DNA of 64,000 nt from a virus (Duplodnaviria; Heunggongvirae; Uroviricota; Caudoviricetes), in IMG/VR virus record IMGVR_UViG_3300008108_000023, positions 1-64,000 of that record; one strand, 5' to 3'. The notes under the pieces are model-generated. The model saw nothing but the letters and a program-made list of their open reading frames with translations. It searched no databases and was not told the origin of the DNA. The stretch's first letter is position 1, and the number at the start of each line of letters is the position of its first letter. The translations under genes were made by a program, and so were the position numbers. Below are positions 28,138 through 38,221 of the stretch, piece by piece.

Positions 28138-28195
28138 TTTAAGATTTTTTAGTAAATATAACTATTTTTTTTCAAATTATCACTATATTTGACTT

Positions 28196-28663
28196 GTGAA
28201 TATATTCTTTCTTGATAAAGATGTAAAAAAATGTGCCGAATATCATTGCGACAAACACGTTGTGAAAATGATATTGGAAACTGCACAACTTTTGTGTGGG
28301 GCTCATCACATGACCGAACAAGTAACCGGTCAAGTACCGTACAAGTTGTCACATAAAAATCACCCGTGTTCAATATGGGTAAGAGAATCCTTGACAAACT
28401 ATCTAATACTCTGTGAATTGGGTTTAGAACTTTGTAAAGAGTACACTTACCGTTATGGTAAACGTCATAAATCTCAAGAAGTTATTGAGTGGTGTGTCAC
28501 AAATAAATTAAAAATTTGTGACAAAGGTTTGACTACACCACCAAAAGCAATGCCAATAGAGTATAAAACAGATTGTGTGATTGAATCTTACAGAAACTAC
28601 TACAGGGGTGCAAAATCAAAATTCACAACATGGAAAAATAGAGATGTACCTCCTTGGTTTTAG
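28196..28663 (+). CDS. hypothetical protein (GTG start as given; true start uncertain)
   Basis: 155-aa ORF diverging from the minus-strand block; a TATATTTG motif lies just upstream. Confidence 0.45.
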   Translation: MNIFFLDKDVKKCAEYHCDKHVVKMILETAQLLCGAHHMTEQVTGQVPYKLSHKNHPCSIWVRESLTNYLILCELGLELCKEYTYRYGKRHKSQEVIEWCVTNKLKICDKGLTTPPKAMPIEYKTDCVIESYRNYYRGAKSKFTTWKNRDVPPWF

Positions 28664-28817
28664 TAGAAATTTTGTTCGGTATGTTGTTTATTATCGTCCC
28701 AAGTATAATCATTATCTGATTCATAATTCTCCTGAATTATTTCATCATTTACAATTGGGTTATCTTCTTTAATGACCTGATTATTAATTTCTTTTGGACT
28801 TTTCATGAAAATAAATA

Positions 28818-29285
28818 TTAAGGTCCGACAAAATATTTTGACCTCCAAAATTGATACCATTTTCTCTTTTGGATTGGTTTACATTTTGAGAACGGATTGT
28901 CCCCAAAATTTACTCTTCCTTGATATCTTGAAGATAAAACATTTAAAAATATTTCATGGTATTCAGGTGGTATAGTATTAAAGTCTGCCTTTATTTCAAC
29001 TCGTAAAGAAACTGGTCCCTCATCGTGTTGAACTACCAAATAATCATTTAGGGTGATTATTGTTGATTTTCTAATATTAATCCATTCACCACTAATACCA
29101 ATATCCTGATTGTTTTCATTTGATGGGTCAACAACTATCATCTCTTCTTCTTTTTGTGGTTCGACTTTTTGTTTTGTCTTATTCTGTCTCATTTGATAAT
29201 ATGTGGTCAAATTCTTCGGCAGCTTTTGGGTTTCTTTCATAGAACATATCATACGCCATCGCGAACCTATTATATTCAGTTTCAA
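28818..29285 (-). CDS. hypothetical protein
   Basis: 155-aa ORF; overlaps 29179..29451 out of frame. Confidence 0.4.
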   Translation of the reverse strand: MKLNIIGSRWRMICSMKETQKLPKNLTTYYQMRQNKTKQKVEPQKEEEMIVVDPSNENNQDIGISGEWINIRKSTIITLNDYLVVQHDEGPVSLRVEIKADFNTIPPEYHEIFLNVLSSRYQGRVNFGDNPFSKCKPIQKRKWYQFWRSKYFVGP

Positions 29286-29451
29286 ATAAAAATAGATAGG
29301 TTTGTAAACTATCCATTTCCTGTTTGGTTCTTGATAGTTCCGTTTTTAATTTATTTTCTCTATGTATGGATTTTTGGAGAAGAATACCCATAGAGATGGC
29401 AAACAACATGGTGAGTACCAAATAAAATTTGATATCTTGAATGAATTTCAT
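29179..29451 (-). CDS. type-II membrane coiled-coil protein
   Basis: N-terminal TM (FYLVLTMLFAISMGILL) followed by a heptad-rich segment. Confidence 0.4.
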   Translation of the reverse strand: MKFIQDIKFYLVLTMLFAISMGILLQKSIHRENKLKTELSRTKQEMDSLQTYLFLFETEYNRFAMAYDMFYERNPKAAEEFDHILSNETE

Positions 29452-29692
29452 GGTTAATACAATTTAAAAGATTTCTTCCGCGATACCGAGTATCTCCGCC
29501 ACAAAAAATAAAATTGCCGCAGTTTCTAAATTGGTAAAAAATAAGAAATAACAAGCCACGATTCTCAAACCTGACTTGGCCAAACTTATATTGAAGTGAG
29601 AATTAGATTTTGATTCTTTTGGTTCCATGATTAAGGGGTTTTACCAACCAAATATAGAAAAGAAAAATTTGATTTCCAAAAAAATCCTAAAA

Positions 29693-31096
29693 TTATTTTG
29701 AAATATATTCATATTTTTCTTTAGTCCATGTCATATTGGAATATTTCATCATTTTTTTTGATATTTCATTTATTGCGGGATTGAAATAAGACTCAACAGG
29801 ACTATTGGCCTTACCAAAAGACATTATCAAACTACCTTTTTTATATTCTAAATTAATCTTTGTTCGATTACATTTCATGGAAAGATAGATATAGACCACA
29901 CCTTTGCTGAATTGTTTAGACATACAATTTTTCATCATAAATCCTTCAGTGAAAAAATCCTCTTCGGTTTTGAGTATTTTGGTTTGAAAAACTTTATTGT
30001 CAATTATAATGTCAGATTCTATTTCATTTATGAACTCCTCATTAAATGAATATCTTGTTTTGTAACCCCTTTTAAAATGATTTTTTATGTTTTCAAATTT
30101 ATTTAAAAGTAATTCTACAGAGTCGGAATCGCTCGCATTAAATTTACAGGGGATATTTTTGGATTCTATGAATTCTCGAAGATTCATTAATTTGTTCACC
30201 AACTCAACAAAATTATCTTTATATAGGTTTGTGGTTTCCCAATCATTAATAACCTTGACCATCATGGATTTTTCTTTATCATTTTTCAAAGTGTGGAATT
30301 TTCTGAAATTAGAATTACGTTTTACAATGTCGTGCCACTTAGTTTGTCTTAAATAATCAACGTAACCATCACCAAAAAGTTTACATAGAAAGCTTAGACT
30401 TTTAATATTCACATCAAAGTTTTGTGGTTTATTTAATTCAGCAATCAAGTACTTTGATTTAATTCCATACGAATCTAAAATAGAAGGTAAAAATTTATTA
30501 TCATTTAATTTTAACCATTTTTTCTGTGGATACTCTTGTTGAATTGTGGTGTAAACAGTATCATGGTATTTTATATTTTTCTTTGATAAATGAAAATCAA
30601 CTAACAAATCATATAGTGGATTAATATAGCATTTCTCTTGATAATTCTTTTCAATATTAAAATTTGACTCAGATTGTATTTTGGATATTAAAATATTAAT
30701 AATGTCCTGAATTGATTTATTATACCTTTTACCCCAATAATCTTTTCTCTTTTCACCCTTGTACATGCCGTTTTCTATTAGTGCAAGTATTGAATCAAAA
30801 TTATTCTTCTTTCTATTATTTTTACTTCTACCTTTATCACCTTCACTCACTGAATAGTTTGATAATTGGTAGTAAGTATTTATGTCCCCGTTTTTTAAAT
30901 TAACCGTGAACCCGTGATGGATGGTAAGGATGTTTTTTATTCCGTATCGTAAATAATCGAAAGAAAAATCCGCGATATAGTGTATCAAACTATCATATTG
31001 ATACAACTGTAATTCACAAATCGAAACCGAATTGTTCGTTTTGGATTTTTTGTTTTGATAATGTCTAAGTAACAAATCCATGTATAAAATATACAT
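29693..31096 (-). CDS. large K/N-rich protein, paralog A of a tandem pair
   Basis: Shares LPSILDSYGIKSKYLIAELNKPQNF... and C-terminal EEDFFTEGFMMKNCMSKQF blocks with 31120..32955. Confidence 0.55.
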   Translation of the reverse strand: MYILYMDLLLRHYQNKKSKTNNSVSICELQLYQYDSLIHYIADFSFDYLRYGIKNILTIHHGFTVNLKNGDINTYYQLSNYSVSEGDKGRSKNNRKKNNFDSILALIENGMYKGEKRKDYWGKRYNKSIQDIINILISKIQSESNFNIEKNYQEKCYINPLYDLLVDFHLSKKNIKYHDTVYTTIQQEYPQKKWLKLNDNKFLPSILDSYGIKSKYLIAELNKPQNFDVNIKSLSFLCKLFGDGYVDYLRQTKWHDIVKRNSNFRKFHTLKNDKEKSMMVKVINDWETTNLYKDNFVELVNKLMNLREFIESKNIPCKFNASDSDSVELLLNKFENIKNHFKRGYKTRYSFNEEFINEIESDIIIDNKVFQTKILKTEEDFFTEGFMMKNCMSKQFSKGVVYIYLSMKCNRTKINLEYKKGSLIMSFGKANSPVESYFNPAINEISKKMMKYSNMTWTKEKYEYISK

Positions 31097-31119
31097 GGAC
31101 TAAATTTAATTATGTAGTA

Positions 31120-32955
31120 TTAAAACTCTATGTCACCATTCATCAGTTGTTCAAATAAATCAGGTTCTCTTTGGTTGACTTCCTTCCCATTTATTTTAAC
31201 TTTCACCTTTTTAATATCAATGTGGTTCAATAATCTTTGTGACGCAAATTTTCTAACTCTTTGTTTTAATATTTCTAATGATTCACCAAAATACTCAGGT
31301 GGTAACTTATTACAAAAATGTCTCTCCTGAATACAGTCACCTGTTTTTTTGTTAAACTCACATGTTACTCTATCTGAACCACCGTTGGTCCTCAATGAAA
31401 TTATCATTGATGATTCTTTGTTTGCGTAACTGGCAACACAGTGGTGCATAAATGTACCCTCTTCCGAATATTCTTCTTCTCTCTTTAATATCACAGGAGA
31501 AAAAATATGATTGTCGTTCTCAAATCGAGTCTTTATTTGTTCCTCCACTAATCTCACCATTCTGTTGTCATATTGATATTCGATTGACCAACCCTTTTTG
31601 ATTAATGAACATGTCTTGGATAGTTCAATGTGCTCTGTATGAAAGTCCGTGTAATTTGTTGCCCTCATTTTTATGTTAGGGTCAAATTCACGAATCTTTT
31701 CAATCATATCGAAGTGGTCTTTTATCAAAGTGTATATACCTCGAGTAACCGACGATACTGAATGGTCTCCTGCCGGTTTGGGAATCAGGGAATTTAAAAT
31801 TTTAATGATATTTTCCCTATCAACATTATCAATAAACAGGTGTCGGTGGTGATTTTTAGCACCTCTCAATTCAAGCGGTACCATAGAATGTGCATTACCA
31901 TTATCTACCATAAAAAGATTAAAACATTCACTTTTCAAAGAACCGAGGTATTTTGGATAATCCTTTCCAAGTAAATCACACATACATGAAAACTCTTGTA
32001 AATTTAATTTTGGATTTTCATGGAAAAGTTTCAAGGTAAATTTTGAATTTATTCCGTAACTATCCAAAATAGATTGCATTAATTTTCTCTGATTCTTTTT
32101 AAGGTATTTTTCAGTTGGGTAATGTATTTTAATAAGTGGTACAAAGTCGTTTGGTGTTTTTATTTTTTTCTTTTCCGCAAAGAATTCAATAAAACTAGTT
32201 ATAAAAAAATGTTTATCAAATAAGTTTCCAACGTTAGTAGGTAAGTTTGGAATGTGATTTTTAATAACATTTACAAATTCGTGTTCATTAAATGTGTCAT
32301 CAAATTCCTTAGCGATTTTAAGATTGTTACTAAACTCTTTTTTTAAATTGAAAAGACTGTTTGAACCCAACAAGATTTCTAACGTAGTAAATGAATTTTT
32401 TCTAAATCTTTTGGATTTTATCTTTCCAAAATTCATATCCCCAATCGTAAAATCTCCCTTCTGTAAATCAATTGTTAACGTCATTACCTTGGAAGATTTA
32501 CGGAAATATTTCCAATTAAAATCACGATATCTGGTATTCTTGTAACACCTTATGTAAAGTTTACCTTCTCTAAGTTCTATTGTTCTTTCAAATGTTACAA
32601 TTTGTATTGATGAGAAAGGATTCCCATAATGTCTTTTTAAATGTTTTTCACTTGTTGTGTAACAAGGTTCTTTTGTCAATTTTATGAAAGAAACGTATTC
32701 TTTTTCTTTTTCACCATAAAAATATTTTGTCCTCGCACCCTTTGATGGTCTTGGTTCCAATTTTATGGTTTCAAATTTGGTATCCCTATTTACAACGGGC
32801 TCAAGTGTCTTAACCTGTTCAGTAAATAAAAAATCATCATCCAGTTCTTTACCATCAGATACAACAATTGGTATTGGTCTATCTTCAGACAACATACAAT
32901 TATCCCTAACTAAATCTATTCTGAAATAAGAAAATCTTTGTTTGATGAGTTGCAT
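31120..32955 (-). CDS. large K/N-rich protein, paralog B of a tandem pair (PcfJ-like HCV motif?)
   Basis: MQSILDSYGINSKFTLKLFHENPKLN... and EEGTFMHHCVASYANKESSMI blocks collinear with paralog A. Confidence 0.6.
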   Translation of the reverse strand: MQLIKQRFSYFRIDLVRDNCMLSEDRPIPIVVSDGKELDDDFLFTEQVKTLEPVVNRDTKFETIKLEPRPSKGARTKYFYGEKEKEYVSFIKLTKEPCYTTSEKHLKRHYGNPFSSIQIVTFERTIELREGKLYIRCYKNTRYRDFNWKYFRKSSKVMTLTIDLQKGDFTIGDMNFGKIKSKRFRKNSFTTLEILLGSNSLFNLKKEFSNNLKIAKEFDDTFNEHEFVNVIKNHIPNLPTNVGNLFDKHFFITSFIEFFAEKKKIKTPNDFVPLIKIHYPTEKYLKKNQRKLMQSILDSYGINSKFTLKLFHENPKLNLQEFSCMCDLLGKDYPKYLGSLKSECFNLFMVDNGNAHSMVPLELRGAKNHHRHLFIDNVDRENIIKILNSLIPKPAGDHSVSSVTRGIYTLIKDHFDMIEKIREFDPNIKMRATNYTDFHTEHIELSKTCSLIKKGWSIEYQYDNRMVRLVEEQIKTRFENDNHIFSPVILKREEEYSEEGTFMHHCVASYANKESSMIISLRTNGGSDRVTCEFNKKTGDCIQERHFCNKLPPEYFGESLEILKQRVRKFASQRLLNHIDIKKVKVKINGKEVNQREPDLFEQLMNGDIEF

Positions 32956-33173
32956 TTTTGATATTTTTTACAAATATACCACTTTTTTAATGATATCCAT
33001 ATTTATTTTTATAAAATTATTAACATGGCAGCAGGAAAAAGTTCAAAAGGTAAATCATCAAACGCATCTATAAAGGTGAATTTTGGTAAAAGAAGATTAG
33101 GTAAAGCTAAAAAATCTTTTAATAAACACGATAAAAGTGAGAAAAACTACCGTGGACAGGGTAGGAGAACTAA

Positions 33174-33485
33174 TTAAAAAATACTCCCCAATAACCCAAT
33201 TAAAGTATAAGATAACTTATACCCTGTGAACGCACCCAATGCCGAAGGGATTGGGAAAACTATCAACTTACCTAAATCTGTAACGTACTTTGGTCGATTA
33301 ACTATCCGACCCATGTAATAATAGTAGACAATATAACCGATAAGAACAGCAAAGTCGGTTCTTGTTGCAATAAAAACAACAAGTGTCGCTCCGATGAAAC
33401 CGAAAGTAAAATTGTCTCTAATTCCTTCCCATATCTCATAAGTTGTAGCATTTTTATATTCTTTTACGATTTTACGGAGCTTCAC
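33174..33485 (-). CDS. small polytopic membrane protein
   Basis: 103-aa ORF, 3 hydrophobic helices. Confidence 0.45.
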   Translation of the reverse strand: MKLRKIVKEYKNATTYEIWEGIRDNFTFGFIGATLVVFIATRTDFAVLIGYIVYYYYMGRIVNRPKYVTDLGKLIVFPIPSALGAFTGYKLSYTLIGLLGSIF

Positions 33486-33504
33486 TTGTTGTTATTTTAT
33501 GTTA

Positions 33505-34881
33505 TTACTTATCAGAATTCAAGTTACCTTGAATTGACCATGTGAAATCTAATTTAACATCATTCTTAAATAACGATGTGTCCATCATATCAATGTATTG
33601 ATTTGTGGTGTATCCATTCTTACCCGTCATAGTCGACAATGCGTGACATGACATACAGTTTGTTTGCATTCCATACACAAAATCAGGTCTGAATTTGTTT
33701 TGTAAACTGAAAACTTTTGGACCAAATCCACCCTCTAAATAAGGATTGAAAGCAAGTATCGGTCTAGCGTTGTTGTCAGAACCGCCACTCACAGGTTGAT
33801 TCGGCCAAACCATTGCGTATGCTGTACTAACTGCGTAGTGTGAAGCGGCGCCTTTAAGTTCTTTAGGTCTAAGACCTGCTTCAAATTTAGAACTTGGTGA
33901 AGGAGGGTTAGACGGGTCAGGGCACCAAAAATAAGTTTGCCATGTCCAATTTTTAAATTCTTTTGTTGTTACGTGCATGGCTACCAACAACACATAGTCA
34001 CCTTCGATAAATTGTCTACTTGGTGTAGTTCCAACGTCTTGGTGACTATTGAGATAGTCCGCACCTACTCTATCAATTTTATAATTAATAAAATCATTTA
34101 CGTTACAGGTCGCATCTTTAATTTGTTCCTCTGTGGGATTTGATGTTGTTACAGGTACTAACTTTTTATTCGGTTCCTGTTTATTATTAACATCGGCGTA
34201 AACCCATTGTTGCCATTCATTATATCTATACGCTTTGGCCGGATTTGGTGATACCCAAACAGGTACTCTAATCAAACCGTTTTTACTTGGTACACCAGCA
34301 TAATATGTTGGTTTGGTGGTGATTGAAGTATTAGGAAATTCAGGTACCGCACCAATTCCATCTTTTACCAAATATTTGTTCAATGACGATTGATTAAATA
34401 ATTTGTTTGATGTTGCAAAATGTGCCGCAGATGGGTCATAAGAAACTGTTTCCAACACAGTGAAGTTTGTGTCAATCTTTTGTCCCGCGAAAAGTTTACC
34501 ATGTACAAATTGTTTCGGGATGTTAAGTTCAGTTCTGTTTGATTTTTCCATTGAACTTGAAACTTGACCCTGTGCAGACATTGCAGATAGTTCTTGAACA
34601 CCCATCCAAGTTTCAAAAACCAACAATGTTTGACCATTGTATTTTTGTTTTGTTGGTTGAGTAAGTCCAGCCCAAATACCCCACGCGTGATTTACAATAC
34701 TGGTTGTATCTTGATTCTCTAACCATCCGTAAATTTTCGTAGAGTCTTCAGGAAAATTGAATCCCGAAATACCTAAGTCCGTTGGGAACTCTTGTGGTTT
34801 AATTGTTTTACTCGTGTCAGAACATGAGTATACGATTGTAAACAATCCTAAAATTAATAATAGTGTTTTTGTAATTTTCAT
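33505..34881 (-). CDS. secreted lipoprotein with single CXXCH (c-type haem-binding-like) motif
   Basis: Signal peptide plus lipobox (LFTIVYSCSDTS); NCMSCHALSTM near the C-terminus. Confidence 0.6.
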   Translation of the reverse strand: MKITKTLLLILGLFTIVYSCSDTSKTIKPQEFPTDLGISGFNFPEDSTKIYGWLENQDTTSIVNHAWGIWAGLTQPTKQKYNGQTLLVFETWMGVQELSAMSAQGQVSSSMEKSNRTELNIPKQFVHGKLFAGQKIDTNFTVLETVSYDPSAAHFATSNKLFNQSSLNKYLVKDGIGAVPEFPNTSITTKPTYYAGVPSKNGLIRVPVWVSPNPAKAYRYNEWQQWVYADVNNKQEPNKKLVPVTTSNPTEEQIKDATCNVNDFINYKIDRVGADYLNSHQDVGTTPSRQFIEGDYVLLVAMHVTTKEFKNWTWQTYFWCPDPSNPPSPSSKFEAGLRPKELKGAASHYAVSTAYAMVWPNQPVSGGSDNNARPILAFNPYLEGGFGPKVFSLQNKFRPDFVYGMQTNCMSCHALSTMTGKNGYTTNQYIDMMDTSLFKNDVKLDFTWSIQGNLNSDK

Positions 34882-34885
34882 TTTT

Positions 34886-35134
34886 TTATTTGTTTTTATT
34901 TTTATTTTCTATAACTATGAACTTATTTATTTCGTGAAGAACTTCGGCAGTATCATATCTTACACTATAAACCACGTCCCATATTGTTCTATCATTATAA
35001 GAAGGGTGTAATCTTGATTGGGCCCATTTTTTGGCTTTATTAAAATCCTCTACTGACCATTTTACTGGTTCAACTATTGTTGGGGAATTTAAACGCCTAA
35101 GTTTCATCAATAGCAGTTTTAAAAATTTAATCAT
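34886..35134 (-). CDS. hypothetical protein
   Basis: 82-aa ORF. Confidence 0.4.
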   Translation of the reverse strand: MIKFLKLLLMKLRRLNSPTIVEPVKWSVEDFNKAKKWAQSRLHPSYNDRTIWDVVYSVRYDTAEVLHEINKFIVIENKNKNK

Positions 35135-35306
35135 CTATATTTTTCAATTATCTGTTATGTTTTGGTGTATAACCAATAACCAATTGATAACTAAACCAAC
35201 CAATTATTAATTCATAATCACCATTTAACCAACTGTTATATGTTATTTTAACATATGGTAAAATATAAGATTGATATACAACTTTGTCAATACTTATTTT
35301 CATAGT

Positions 35307-36632
35307 TTAATTACTTAAGGGTGCTTTAATCGATGGGTGTGATTGATAATTTTCGATTTGAAAATCCTTATTTTCCAAATGAGTTATTAAAGATGAGTCT
35401 TCAGATAATGATTTATAAAATTCATCGGTCTTCATATGTTTTAGTTTGGGTAATTTATAAGGTTCTCTTGTGTATCGTGGTATTTTATATATCTCATAAT
35501 ATTCAGACATACCTCCACCAAATGGTGCTAAGTCTTTCAACGCACTTTTATAACCATTAGGACCCATCGCCTCTTTTAACATACCTTCTCTCTCTTCATG
35601 TGTATACTTTCTACCGATTTGTTCTCTTGCTTGTTCAACATGGTTACTATACAAATGAGTATCACCTAAATTACCAATCAACTCATCAGGTACCATATTT
35701 ACTTCTTTAGCAATAATCTCAAGTAACAAACCGTAAGAAGCAATATTGAATGGTAGACCTAAGAATGTGTCTACTGAGCGTTGATTCCACATTAAAGAGA
35801 TTGCTCGTTTAGGAACTCTTAAACTATCCATGTGAACATCGTGATAATCACTACTTTGATTTAAAGGGTCTTTTGTTGAGTTATAATAATTAATCCTTTC
35901 ATCTAAACTCAACTCTCTCGTATAAACTTGAAATCCATAATGACAAGGTGGAAGAACCATTTGGTCCAGCTCTCCAACATTCCAAGCATTGACCATTAAT
36001 CGTCTTGAGTCTGGATTTGTTTTAAGGTCGTTGATTAGGTTTGTGATTTGGTCTATTGAATTGTTTTGGTATTCTATTTTGACACCATACTTGGTAACAT
36101 CTTCACCGATTTCAATTGCTTTTAGTACTCTGTGTTGGTCAGAACCTTTTACATCCTTTAAGTCGTAATTAGTCACATTCTTTCTACCCCATCTTCTCCA
36201 TTGCTTACCATACACAGGTCCGAGGTCACCCCACTTCTTAGCAAACTCATCATCGGTTTTTATTTTGTTGATGAATTCTTCTTTTGTTAATCGAAATCCT
36301 AACTCTAACATTTTTTCTTTTGACATATTAGGTAAGATTTTGGCATCTTCAATTAGATAGTTCTTATACGCATCACCATCCCAAATATGACAATTGTTAT
36401 CAACAAGGAACTTGATGTTTGTATCACCACGAAGGAACCATAACAATTCGGTTACCATCGTCTTCCACGCCATTTTCTTGGTTGTAAGTAATGGAAACCC
36501 ATCGGACATTTTATGACGGATTGTATAACCAAAAATAGATTTGGTTCCTGTACCTGTACGGTCTTTCTTTTCTACCCCATAATCTATAATAGTTTGGAGT
36601 AAGTCTGTGTATTGTTTATCTAATTTGTTCAT
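35307..36632 (-). CDS. thyA: thymidylate synthase (ThyA-type) with large insertions
   Basis: DRTGTGT, DLGPVYGKQWRRWG, NAWNVGELDQMVLPPCH, QRSVDTFLGLPFNIASY (the substrate-specificity Asn is retained) and DTHLYSNH motifs; 441 aa versus about 265-320 for typical ThyA. Confidence 0.85.
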   Translation of the reverse strand: MNKLDKQYTDLLQTIIDYGVEKKDRTGTGTKSIFGYTIRHKMSDGFPLLTTKKMAWKTMVTELLWFLRGDTNIKFLVDNNCHIWDGDAYKNYLIEDAKILPNMSKEKMLELGFRLTKEEFINKIKTDDEFAKKWGDLGPVYGKQWRRWGRKNVTNYDLKDVKGSDQHRVLKAIEIGEDVTKYGVKIEYQNNSIDQITNLINDLKTNPDSRRLMVNAWNVGELDQMVLPPCHYGFQVYTRELSLDERINYYNSTKDPLNQSSDYHDVHMDSLRVPKRAISLMWNQRSVDTFLGLPFNIASYGLLLEIIAKEVNMVPDELIGNLGDTHLYSNHVEQAREQIGRKYTHEEREGMLKEAMGPNGYKSALKDLAPFGGGMSEYYEIYKIPRYTREPYKLPKLKHMKTDEFYKSLSEDSSLITHLENKDFQIENYQSHPSIKAPLSN

Positions 36633-37246
36633 TACTCAAATGTTTGAATTTTTGCGTCTACTTCTTTTAATTCAGACCACGTTCCAAGATACGTAATCGC
36701 TCTGACTTTTCTATTATCAATCCACACATATTCTTGGTCATCTTTGATTCTTGGTTTGTCCATAACCAATCCGTGATATTTAAAACCTTTTTCTTTTAAC
36801 CATGTTTCGGTTACTTCACGGTCTTTACTTTCACGAGCGGTAAAAAATGTAATTACATTTCCCTCATCGTACCATTTGTTGATGATACCCAACGCGTTTG
36901 GGTAATGGTTAGCTGTCGGATAAAGATGTGAATCTTCATTTTTAATGTCGTCACAAATTGTCCCATCAATATCAATCAGAAAAACCCGACTAACCATTTT
37001 TTGCGTTATTATGATGTCAGCAATTGTACTATGAAAAATATCATCGTACATTACTTGACAATTTGTTTTTAAAACATACTCGACTTCATCACCGTCTTTT
37101 ACATCATATTTTCCGCTTTTTATTTTTTCTAAAGTTTCTTTTGATGCTTCAAAATTCTTTGATGAATCTTCAGAAACAATAAACCATCCTTCGACACTGT
37201 TAATAAGTTCGTCAGATTTTTTTTGATATATTAATTTACCTTTCAT
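36632..37246 (-). CDS. HAD-superfamily phosphatase
   Basis: FLIDIDGTICDD motif I; start overlaps the thyA stop. Confidence 0.55.
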   Translation of the reverse strand: MKGKLIYQKKSDELINSVEGWFIVSEDSSKNFEASKETLEKIKSGKYDVKDGDEVEYVLKTNCQVMYDDIFHSTIADIIITQKMVSRVFLIDIDGTICDDIKNEDSHLYPTANHYPNALGIINKWYDEGNVITFFTARESKDREVTETWLKEKGFKYHGLVMDKPRIKDDQEYVWIDNRKVRAITYLGTWSELKEVDAKIQTFE

Positions 37247-37640
37247 TTCTAACCCATTTTCTATCTGAATTTAATGTAAAAGCACCAATAAAATCGTCAC
37301 CCCGATTCCAATCTTTTGGTGATAATAATGATAATGTATTTACACCATTAAAATTATATAAGTAATATGTTTCACCAACAATTGGGTCAAAAGAAATTTT
37401 TGATTCCCAAACCATTATTGAATCCACATACTCTCTTTGAAGTTTTTCTATTGATTGAATGATTTCTTCTCTTTGACGATTAAAGACATCAATCATTTTT
37501 TTTGAGGACTCTTTTTTTACGAGACCCACATTAGGTAATTCAAATTTTGGCGAACCGATACTGGTAGGATAATGCTTTCTATTAGCGTCGTACCCATTTG
37601 TTTCATCCCAAACAACAATATCAGGTTTCTTTTTATTCAT
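37236..37640 (-). CDS. hypothetical protein
   Basis: 134-aa ORF. Confidence 0.5.
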   Translation of the reverse strand: MNKKKPDIVVWDETNGYDANRKHYPTSIGSPKFELPNVGLVKKESSKKMIDVFNRQREEIIQSIEKLQREYVDSIMVWESKISFDPIVGETYYLYNFNGVNTLSLLSPKDWNRGDDFIGAFTLNSDRKWVRNER

Positions 37641-37792
37641 CCTCCAAACCGTCCATTAAAGTTACGTCCCAATCTGAAAAATCGTCACCTAATTCCATAC
37701 CCAATTTCAAATTTTCCAAAAAATTTTTTTCCCATTCCTCATAAGAAAGATTTGAGTTGGGATTTTGTTTAATGTAAATTTTATATTGTCTT

Positions 37793-38221
37793 TTAAGGGT
37801 TGACATCGTTTTGTTCAGAATCTCTTATGTCAATTAATTTTTGAATTCTACTCCTACCTTTTTCACCAATTGGTACCGGATTACCTTCTTCATCAATCCT
37901 AACAAACCTTATGTTTGTTTTCAAGATGACAATTTGGTTACCTGTGTAAACATTATGTGCTCTTGCTTCCATATACAAGGTAACTGAAGTATTCCCTAAT
38001 TTACTTGGTGACCCGTAAATTTTAATCAACTGACCCTCTTTGGCTGGTTTTTCAAAAAAACATTTATCAATTGATACGGTAACTAATCTTGGTGAATCAC
38101 ACAATTGCATGGAGTATCCCGCAGCCGCCGCGTCAATCCACGCTAAAAGTTTTCCACCGAATAAATTTCCGTGGAATCCTAAATCCGACTTTTTTATGGG
38201 GTGTGAATTCAAAAATTCCAT
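37793..38221 (-). CDS. hotdog-fold acyl-CoA thioesterase (YciA/4HBT-like)
   Basis: GNLFGGKLLAWIDAAAAGY... region typical of acyl-CoA thioester hydrolases. Confidence 0.7.
   Translation of the reverse strand: MEFLNSHPIKKSDLGFHGNLFGGKLLAWIDAAAAGYSMQLCDSPRLVTVSIDKCFFEKPAKEGQLIKIYGSPSKLGNTSVTLYMEARAHNVYTGNQIVILKTNIRFVRIDEEGNPVPIGEKGRSRIQKLIDIRDSEQNDVNP

Noticed and set aside
28196-28663. Pyrimidine-dimer glycosylase (T4 DenV-like) assignment for the plus-strand ORF
   Set aside because: There is only a vague resemblance (AEYHCDKH versus ADQHLMAEYRE), with no convincing collinear motif. It is left as hypothetical.
28818-29451. Embedded o-spanin inside the TM coiled-coil ORF 29179..29451
   Set aside because: The overlapping frame (28818..29285) has no signal peptide or lipobox Cys, so the i-/o-spanin architecture is not supported.
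35307-36632. Group I intron or fused DHFR in the oversized thyA
   Set aside because: The ORF is uninterrupted, with all TS motifs in the normal order. The extra length is protein insertions, and no DHFR motifs (such as the GxxxPW context) were seen.
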